Positions 19,043 to 27,300 of a stretch of DNA of 41,445 bases are shown piece after piece. Made by a program: the position numbers and the translations under genes. The notes under the pieces were generated by a model. It ran no database searches. It saw nothing but the letters and a program-made list of their open reading frames with translations, and had not been told where the DNA came from. The number at the start of each line of letters is the position of its first letter. Within the stretch, counting starts at the first letter, position 1. Source of the DNA: Bdellovibrionales bacterium (lineage in GTDB: Bacteria > Bdellovibrionota > Bdellovibrionia > Bdellovibrionales > JAGQZY01); contig JAYUKO010000231.1 of the NCBI GenBank assembly GCA_043764415.1, positions 1 through 41,445 on the forward strand. Reading direction: 5' to 3'.

Positions 19043-20401
19043 CTAAAAGCTGCCGTGGCGGAGGATGTTGTCGAAGACGTCTCGCACTTGGCTGTCGTAC
19101 TTGGTGGGGCCGTTGTACATGAATACGAAGGCTTTTTGCTCACCGTTTTTTTGGTAGTAACCCGCGAGTCCAATAATACCGTCCAAGTAGCCCGTTTTTG
19201 CACGCACCTCTGTGGCTTTGTCTTTCAGGCGTTTTTTAAGTGTTCCATCCACTCCAGCGATGGGCAATGAAACCATAAACTCCGGAAAAATGGCATGCTT
19301 CGAGCGAAGATCCACGAGCAGCTGTCCTAAATCCTGGGCGCGAAATTTATTGTCGTGGGAAAACCCCGATGGATTTTCGAAAACGAAGTTTTTTTGTTTC
19401 CAACCGTTATCGAGCAACCATTGCTGTATTCGTTCCACACCTTTTTTAAGAGTTGCGGGTTTTTGCGATGAGAGGGCCTTTGTCAGCATCTCGGCCACGT
19501 AGTTGTTTGAAAACTTCGCCATGTCGGTGACGATGTCGCGCAAGGGTTTGCTCTTAAAAGTCACTAACAGTTGGGCCGATGGCGACGGTGCCTTTTTTTC
19601 GACAGTACCGCTGTACTCAATACCCTGTTGATTTAAAAATGTCTTAAAGTTTTCGCCCGCCCAAAAATCAGGATGGCTGATACTTTTGTAAATCGCCTGT
19701 TCCACAGATCCCAGGGCGATGGTTCCACTCACGATGACTTCGTCGTGTTGCTTTTTCGAACGGCGCTCTACCCGCAAGTCGGTTTTCGCACCGGTTTTCA
19801 CTTGATTTTTTAATTCGATGTAATCGTTTTGTGGATCTGCAAAAACAGAGGCAGCTTCGCCTTTTTTACCCGGTCGAACAAAAATGTTTACCGAATTCCA
19901 GTTAAACGACATGGCCGCCACTGGTGCATCATACGCTCGATCAACTCGCACACTTTGGCGAGAGTCCGAGAAATACTCTTCGTCAAATAGGGAGCTATCC
20001 ACATACAACTGCCCTTTAAGGGACTTTATACCGGAGCGCTTGAGCTCGTTGACAATGGCCCAGTAGTTTTCCGAAACCAGTGAAGGGTCGCCGCCCCCCT
20101 GAAGATAAAGGTCGCCCTTAAATTCAGGACCCGTTATTGGCTCTGACGACCACACACGAGTTTCGAAATAGTGACCCAAACCAAGTACGCCTAACACGGC
20201 TGCCGCCGTTGGAATTTTGCTGAGAGATGCCGGGGTCATAAGCACGTCGGCGTTGTGGGTCCACGTGGTTTTTTCGCCCTCCATCCAAATGCCAAAGTGC
20301 TTCGTCGGAATTTGACTTCGTCGCAAAATTCCATCAATCGGTTCGGCTAAGGCATTCCAATGAACAACCAATGCGAGAAGAAATATCGTGTATTTTCCCA
20401 T
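19043..20401 (-). CDS. dacB: D-Ala-D-Ala carboxypeptidase/endopeptidase PBP4 (peptidase S13)
   Basis: PASLSK (SxxK), GGGDPSL, FSNNYVAE (SxN) and AKTGYL; signal peptide. Confidence 0.94.
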   Translation of the reverse strand: MGKYTIFLLALVVHWNALAEPIDGILRRSQIPTKHFGIWMEGEKTTWTHNADVLMTPASLSKIPTAAAVLGVLGLGHYFETRVWSSEPITGPEFKGDLYLQGGGDPSLVSENYWAIVNELKRSGIKSLKGQLYVDSSLFDEEYFSDSRQSVRVDRAYDAPVAAMSFNWNSVNIFVRPGKKGEAASVFADPQNDYIELKNQVKTGAKTDLRVERRSKKQHDEVIVSGTIALGSVEQAIYKSISHPDFWAGENFKTFLNQQGIEYSGTVEKKAPSPSAQLLVTFKSKPLRDIVTDMAKFSNNYVAEMLTKALSSQKPATLKKGVERIQQWLLDNGWKQKNFVFENPSGFSHDNKFRAQDLGQLLVDLRSKHAIFPEFMVSLPIAGVDGTLKKRLKDKATEVRAKTGYLDGIIGLAGYYQKNGEQKAFVFMYNGPTKYDSQVRDVFDNILRHGSF

Positions 20402-20461
20402 GCAAATAATTATGCCCGATCCCCTCTTGGCATTACAACAATTATTAGCTAAGCTTTTGAA

Positions 20462-22030
20462 GTGATACTTTCTGGACGTCGGCTGCTTCGCATTTTAACT
20501 CTTTGTTTGATTGTCATTCCACTGACAATCTTAATGGCAATTCTCCTCACAAGTTGCAAAAAGCGTTCGCAAACGCCACCAGACACAGTTGTTATTGGCA
20601 TCCCCGCCGCACCACCGACTTTGGATCCTCGCCTCGCGCGCGACTCCATCGGCAGCAACGTGCGCAGTCTGATCTTCACATCACTTGTGCGTGTGACTAC
20701 CGAAACACCTTCTTCTCCCATCACCATTCAGGGAGATCTTGCGGACTCCTGGACTTATAAAAATTTAGTTTATCATTTTAATTTAAGGCCTGGAGTTACT
20801 TTTTCAAACGGCGAGCCACTAACAGCTGAGGATATTGAATTTTCGTTCGCTGAGTTTCAAAAAGATTCCTGCATATTTTCGCCCGCCTTTAAAAAAATTA
20901 AAAAAGTGGTCGCGGTCTACGATGGAACAAACCACTTTGTCGACCTCACGGTAGATCGTTTTGAATCCACCTTCTATCTTGATCTGGCCATCGTACAAAT
21001 GCTCCCTAAAAAAATTGTACAAGCCCACGACAAGGACTTTTACGAGCACATTGTTGGCTCGGGCGCTTTTGAACTGCTAACGGCAAATGACAATGAGCTT
21101 GTCCTGAAGGCGCGAGCCAATCATTACCGCGCTCCTAAAATTTCTAAATTGCAACTCAAAGTGATTCGCGACGACAACACGCGCTTTCAAAAGCTCTACA
21201 AGGGCTCAGTGGACCTCGTGCAAACCGATATTCCACTCTCCAAGATGACGGTTTTTAAAAGCTCGCCTCGCTTTGACGTGTACGATATGGCGGGCGCCAA
21301 CGTAACTTACATGTTGTTGAATCTGCGGGATCCTTTACTGAAAAATAAAAGCGTCCGCGCTGCGATTAACTACGCTCTCGATCGAGCCGAAATTATTAAA
21401 TACAAACTCGAGGGTTACGCCACCCCAGCAAGCACCTTTGTGATTCCCAGTACACCTTACTACGATGCCTCCATTCAACTTCCTAGCACGAACGTTCAAA
21501 AGGGAATAGAGCTTTTAAAGAATTTGCCGAAACCATTGGAACTCGAACTTAAAACCTCCAATCAAAAAATGGCCATCGAAAACGGTCGTATTCTTGCTCA
21601 TCAAATCGAAAAACTTGGAATTTCGGTACGTATGAAAAGTTTTGAATGGGGAACTTACTACGAGGATGTTTCGAAGGGCAATTTTCAGCTCGCAACAATG
21701 CGCTTTGTGGGCATTTGGGATCCCGATCAGTATCGACTCGCGTTTCACTCTGAACAAGTTCCTCCAAAAGGCGCTAATCGCGCTTTTTATATTAATCCTC
21801 AGCTTGATAAGCTTTTAGAGCAGGGGCAGCAGCTCGAAAATCTCGATCAACGGATTCAGCTTTACAAGCAAATTCAAAAAATAGTGGTTGAAGACATGCC
21901 CGTGTTACCCCTTTGGTACGACCAGTATGTAGCGGTCGTGAATAAACGGATAAAAAACTTTGTGCCGTCACCGCTGGGTGGATTTCAGTTTATTTTCAAC
22001 ATTGAGAAGGAAACAGAAAAAAATGAATAG
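20462..22030 (+). CDS. ABC transporter substrate-binding lipoprotein, family 5 (peptide/nickel)
   Basis: LLTSC lipobox, TLDPR, LADSW..LRPGVTFSNGEPLTAEDI and VRAAINYALDR; exact start uncertain. Confidence 0.9.
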   Translation: MILSGRRLLRILTLCLIVIPLTILMAILLTSCKKRSQTPPDTVVIGIPAAPPTLDPRLARDSIGSNVRSLIFTSLVRVTTETPSSPITIQGDLADSWTYKNLVYHFNLRPGVTFSNGEPLTAEDIEFSFAEFQKDSCIFSPAFKKIKKVVAVYDGTNHFVDLTVDRFESTFYLDLAIVQMLPKKIVQAHDKDFYEHIVGSGAFELLTANDNELVLKARANHYRAPKISKLQLKVIRDDNTRFQKLYKGSVDLVQTDIPLSKMTVFKSSPRFDVYDMAGANVTYMLLNLRDPLLKNKSVRAAINYALDRAEIIKYKLEGYATPASTFVIPSTPYYDASIQLPSTNVQKGIELLKNLPKPLELELKTSNQKMAIENGRILAHQIEKLGISVRMKSFEWGTYYEDVSKGNFQLATMRFVGIWDPDQYRLAFHSEQVPPKGANRAFYINPQLDKLLEQGQQLENLDQRIQLYKQIQKIVVEDMPVLPLWYDQYVAVVNKRIKNFVPSPLGGFQFIFNIEKETEKNE

Positions 22031-22910
22031 ACCTCTCATCCTGTGCATCGACGACGACATCCATATTCTCGAAGCTTTGCAAAGAGATCTCCGACAGTCT
22101 TTTGATATCGCGCTAGCGACAAATTTTTCGGACGCGCAGAAAGCTTTTTCACAAAAAGTGTCCATCGTGATTTGCGACTACAATCTAAAAACTATCAACG
22201 GTTTAGAAATTTTAAATTGGGTCAAAGACAGCCACCCACAAACCCTGCGCGTTCTTTTGACTGGTGAAGTGGGTCTTTCGGACATTTCAAGCGCCATGGA
22301 ATCAAATCTCATTCATAAATTTATCTTAAAACCCTGGGAACCTGATTTACTGCGCCTGCACATGCGAGAGGCCGAGAGCACCCTGCGACTTTTAAACGAG
22401 CGCGATAAATTTAAGGAGCTGTCCATTACCGATCCGGTGACTGAACTGACAAATCATCGTTTTTTCCAAGAAAAATTACGCATCGAAATCCAAAAAGCCA
22501 AACAAACAAAAACCGCTGTTTCGCTGATTATGATCGATGTGGATCATTTTAAAATTCTCAACGATCAATTTGGTCACCCGCGCGGAGATCAGATCCTGTC
22601 CTTGCTTGCACAAAAGCTATCCAGCGAGATGAAGCCCCACTACTCTCTCTCCCGCTATGGCGGCGAAGAGTTTGCGGCGATCTTGCCTAAAACCCCATCT
22701 GATTTTGCCTTCGCGTTTGCCGAAACCCTGCGCGCCTCAGTCAGCCACATCCCCTCTCTGCAATTCCGACTCAGCATTAGCCTTGGTGTTGCCAGCTACC
22801 CCGAGCACGGACTCGATGCCGACGAAATCGTCGCGGTCGCAGACCAAGCACTTTACCTCGCTAAAAAACAAGGCCGCAATATGACCGTCATAGGCCAAGA
22901 CATCGCCTAA
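22023..22910 (+). CDS. REC-GGDEF response-regulator diguanylate cyclase
   Basis: IDDD, ICD phospho-Asp, LLTG and KPW receiver motifs; DVDHFK..ND.FGH..GD and RYGGEEF; overlaps the SBP stop by 8 nt. Confidence 0.93.
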   Translation: MNRPLILCIDDDIHILEALQRDLRQSFDIALATNFSDAQKAFSQKVSIVICDYNLKTINGLEILNWVKDSHPQTLRVLLTGEVGLSDISSAMESNLIHKFILKPWEPDLLRLHMREAESTLRLLNERDKFKELSITDPVTELTNHRFFQEKLRIEIQKAKQTKTAVSLIMIDVDHFKILNDQFGHPRGDQILSLLAQKLSSEMKPHYSLSRYGGEEFAAILPKTPSDFAFAFAETLRASVSHIPSLQFRLSISLGVASYPEHGLDADEIVAVADQALYLAKKQGRNMTVIGQDIA

Positions 22911-22930
22911 CTTTGGGATATTCCCTAACA

Positions 22931-23086
22931 CTTTCTTCTATTTTTTAGAATATTTGGAGATTCGAAACAGTCCTTTTTCAAACGCGTCCATCCTTGGACT
23001 CGCTCGCAGGACGAAACGTCGTGTTTGCGAGAGGTTTGAAAAAGGACTGTTTCGAATCTCCAAATATTCTAAAAAATAGAAGAAAG
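22931..23086. repeat. Long palindromic element, copy 2 (53-bp perfect arms around a 50-nt core)
   Basis: 22931-22983 is the exact reverse complement of 23034-23086; core 22984-23033 is the reverse complement of the copy-1 core with 2 substitutions and 1 indel; TTTGGGAT at 22912. Confidence 0.95.
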
Positions 23087-23336
23087 GTGAAAATGAATGC
23101 GCAAAGCTACCAACGTGGACGTTCATGGCCTTTTTTCGCTATTAAGAATAGGGTTGGACTAGACTCTGGAGAGCTAATTTCTGTTCACTTTTCATAAGTT
23201 TCTCTTTTAGGACCTTTGCGACCTGGATGGGTTAAAAATTGAGCAGAAATTAGCTCTGTAGAATTGGCCTAGAGTTCTGTCTAGTTAAGACCTTTTTGTG
23301 TTTTACGGTTTTTGCCGAATCTTTTATTCTAAGTGA

Positions 23337-24308
23337 ATGAAAAAGCACGAATGGTTCTATGTCCTCGCCCCGATGTTCTTTACGATTGCAATTGATCAAG
23401 CAACCAAATGGTGGGCTTTGGGACTTGCTGGTACACTGAAATATGGCCCTCTCGGGTTTGCACTGCATTTCAATAAGGGTGCGATGCTTGGATTGTTTTC
23501 TAGTCTTCCTCCGATCTTGAGAATTGTTTCTCTTTCTACGGGTGGAGCTTTTTTACTTTTTACGTTTGTTATTATTCAGTATCTTCTCCCGATCAAATCC
23601 CTTTTGTTACGCGTTGGAATGTCGACCCTCATGGGTGGAATTATCGGCAATGTGATCGATCGCACAATTCAGGGTTACGTGATCGATTTTATTTACTTCG
23701 AAGTGGGTGGCTGGCACTCTCCTGTGCTTAACGTTGCCGATGCACTTCAGTGGGTGGGTTACATTTGTTTAGTGACCGCGCTTTTAAAAGATGGCGAATT
23801 GCTGTGGCCACAAAATAATATTCGTAAATACTACTGGGTCAATCCAGCGTTTCAGTTGCGTTACTGCTTTACGCTGATGGGCATTGGTTTGGGATTTGGT
23901 CTCATCGCAGGCGTGTTTAGTTATACCTTTTTGCGCTTTATGGTGGTGGACTTGATTGGTAACAATCAAAAACTCCTCGATCAATTTTTAATTCCCTTCA
24001 TCCAAACTTATACAGCTTTCACATTGGCGTTTGGTGCGTTTTTGTTTATGATCGGTCGCTCCCTTTCTCACCGTGTGGCTGGACCGGTGTACGCCTTCGA
24101 ACGTTTTGTAAAAAACTTCGTGGCTGGCAAACCGCAAAAATTGAAATTACGCAAAAGTGATGAATTTAACCACCTAGAAGCTTTATCGCAAATGATGATG
24201 GAAAATCTTATCGTGACGGAAAAAATGGAAACTGAAATCGTTCCTATCCTCCCGCATGGGGTGGCCAACACCGTATTACCTGGTCCGAGGCACGCTCAGG
24301 TCGGCTAA
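23337..24308 (+). CDS. lspA: Signal peptidase II fused to a 2-TM/HAMP-like C-terminal module
   Basis: DQATK, NKGAMLG, GNVIDR, VIDFI and NVADA; about 160 extra residues with SHRVAGP..LRKSDEF. Confidence 0.88.
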   Translation: MKKHEWFYVLAPMFFTIAIDQATKWWALGLAGTLKYGPLGFALHFNKGAMLGLFSSLPPILRIVSLSTGGAFLLFTFVIIQYLLPIKSLLLRVGMSTLMGGIIGNVIDRTIQGYVIDFIYFEVGGWHSPVLNVADALQWVGYICLVTALLKDGELLWPQNNIRKYYWVNPAFQLRYCFTLMGIGLGFGLIAGVFSYTFLRFMVVDLIGNNQKLLDQFLIPFIQTYTAFTLAFGAFLFMIGRSLSHRVAGPVYAFERFVKNFVAGKPQKLKLRKSDEFNHLEALSQMMMENLIVTEKMETEIVPILPHGVANTVLPGPRHAQVG

Positions 24309-24367
24309 ACTGTGAACAAAAAGTAACCACTTCTAAAACTTTTACAACGTAAAGACGATGCCATTCC

Positions 24368-24387
24368 AGGTCACTGACAAGTGACCT
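24368..24387. promoter_or_regulatory. Inverted repeat AGGTCACT-N4-AGTGACCT upstream of the helicase
   Basis: Perfect 8-bp arms ending 12 nt before ATG 24400. Confidence 0.45.
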
Positions 24388-24399
24388 ATATTGCCCCTC

Positions 24400-27300
24400 A
24401 TGCGTTTAATACAATTTTTCCTGTCTCTGATGCTTCTGAGCTCAAGCCCTGTTGCCTTTGCTCAATCCCCTGAATCTTATGTCGCCCAATATGTGAAAGA
24501 GGTTCTATCCCCCCTGCTTCCGCGGATCGAAGCCGATCCCCAACAGCACCCCATTCGCACGAAAATTTCTCAAACGGAACAGGGATCTATAATTACGCTG
24601 GAAGTTCTGATTCCCGAACACAAAAAAAAGCGGAGCGAATGGAACATCTACTCCACATACAAAATTCACTTCATAGAAGGCGAATCCTACATCGCTGGTC
24701 CACCCGATGTGCGTGTTCACCGTTTTCAATCCAATAAAGGGGAATATCTTGGGCCAGCTATCGAGGGCAATCTCGTCGTCATGTACAATTCACAAAAAGA
24801 ATTGCTGAACGTCGAAGACCTCAAGGGATTCACAAGATCTCTCTTTCGTGCTGATCAAACCCTGCATCCTTTGTTTAAAAACCCTCTCCTCCCCGCTCAG
24901 AAAGCTAAGAAGCTCACTCCTCCACAGCTAGAGACTCTTACGGGAAAGAGGGAGGGGGACTATTCTCGGCCGGGACTGGTCACAATGTACCAAGACCACT
25001 TAAAACAAGGGCTCACCCATCCGCTGCATATGCTCCTCATGCTCCCAACGGGTGTTGGAAAAACAATTGTGGCTTTAAAATTTCTTGAGATGGTCAAGGC
25101 GATTCATCAGCAACAAATGCCCATGATGGTTTTTGTGGTGGAGAACAAATTGATTCTTTCGGATGTAGCAGAAAAACTGCAGGAAATCTTTCCGGGAGTA
25201 GAAACTGCGCGCTTGTTTGATACGGGCACCACCTCTGCGATAGGCAGCAACACTCGCTTTATCCTCGCAACCCGCTCTACATTTTTTAAACGAAGCCAAG
25301 AGATACTCACTCTTCTCGAACGATACAGCGGCCCGAAAGTTATTTATCGCGACGAAGCCCACCATGCCGGGAAGGTGGGAGGACAGTTTGCTGTTGTTCA
25401 TGATCAGATGATGTCTCGCCTCTCTGCCAACACGGCAGTGATTGATATGTCGGCCACTCCTTGGCATGAGACGCAGCCTGACCTGATCGCCAACTATGAC
25501 GGTCGTGTTGCAACGGCTTTTATTTCGGTGGAAGAATACAAAAACCTGATCGAGGGTGTTGAGGCCGACCGCATTGCTCGCATCCAACTTGTGCGGGCTA
25601 TCACCGAAGGCTGGCTGTCTCCACTTCAAGAACTCACTTTTATCACTGGCATGAACGATAATTTTGAGGGTTTAAGTTTTAGGAAAAAATTGCTGCGTGA
25701 ACAGCAAGCTCTCAGCGAAAAATTAGGTGCTCACCAGGACGCTTTTATCCGAGCCGATGTGGATGATATCCCCGAAGAGATTTTAAAAACTCTTCGCGAC
25801 GAAATCCGTTTTGTACATACTGCCATTATCGAAAAAGTTTTCAACGACCTGCGAGCGCAATTTCAGCGCGACCGCAACGACCGTGTGGCCGAGTACGACC
25901 GCGGTATTATCTTTGTACCTTCGATTGTACACGCTGAAATCTATAAGATATTCCTCAACGAAATGGCAAAAAGCGAAAATATGGAGTTTCGTGTCGTTCA
26001 CTCACGACAAAAACAAAGTAATTCAGTGGACGTCGTCGCTCAGAATATCGATTGGTTTAGCAGTACGCAAAACTCCCATAGACATCGATATTTAATCAGT
26101 GTGGATCTGCTTCGCGAAGGAGTGGATCTACCGTCTGCAAACAGAATCGTCTACGTGAACACATCCTCTAATATCAAAGTTCTTTTGCAAGCATTCGGTC
26201 GAGGAACGCGTTTAAGTCAGTTAAAAACTGGAATTCGCCTCACTGATTTTGGCGGCTCTTTTATACGTTTTTTTCAGGAAATTCCCGGCCACCTGTTAAA
26301 CACGCTATTTCCCGTTTTCCAATTTGATCCTAAAAGCAATGAGCCCTTTCGCAAATACACAGAAAAAAAGGGGTCTGGTATCACCCTCGATGACCAAAAG
26401 GTAAGCATCGACTCTTTAGTCAGCTTGCAAGTTGACAATCCAATGCTCGAAATTATGGAAAGAGCTCAATCAGACAAGGACTTTATCAATGATTCAGAAC
26501 TGCAAAAGTTAAAAAATGCAGAGCGCGATACTCTCAGCCAATCCACTAAAATCGCAACTCAGTTTGGTTGGAGTGTAAAAGTGGATCCACCCACCTCAAC
26601 CCAAATCAATGATTGGGTGCAGACCATCTTAGAAAGAGCAGATCTGCATCTTGATGGAAGATGGTCGATGAATGCTGAAAAAAGTACTGGGCCCAAGATT
26701 TCAAGCGATCTTTCCGAATTTATTTTTACCAACTGGAAAATGCTCAGCTTACCTTGGCAATATTTTCTGCAGGATGTTCAAATCGAACGCCTTTTTTATG
26801 ACGGGTTAAAACACCCCATGCAGAGAACTTACGAAGCCATGATGAACGACCACAGTGTCCGTTTAGGGCCTGAAAGCGGTATCCACAGAGTCTATGAGGC
26901 CTTTGTTCAAGGGAAAACCGAACTCTTTCCAGAAAGCTGGGCCGATAAAATAAAGTCTTTAACCGATTTTGAAAAAAAGCAAATTGTGGCCATTGTGAAT
27001 ATACTTTCTCTTTTGAACTCCAGCGAAGGGCGACGTCTTGTCTTAGCCGCTCCAAACGCTCCTTCTCTTTTAAAAATGATTCTACAAACAGATACTATGT
27101 CACGTGCACCCTATACACTTCCAACTAACAGACAAAAAATGGTTCCCAATTTTCAAAGATTGGGGATCACAAACCCTTGGCACTATGATTACAGGTGGGC
27201 GGAATCCTTTGAAGGAACAGAGGACTTACTAAAACTCACACGCCTTTCATCGGATGTTGCTAAACTTCGTATGCAAAGTCTTTCCGTTGGACTTCCCTTC

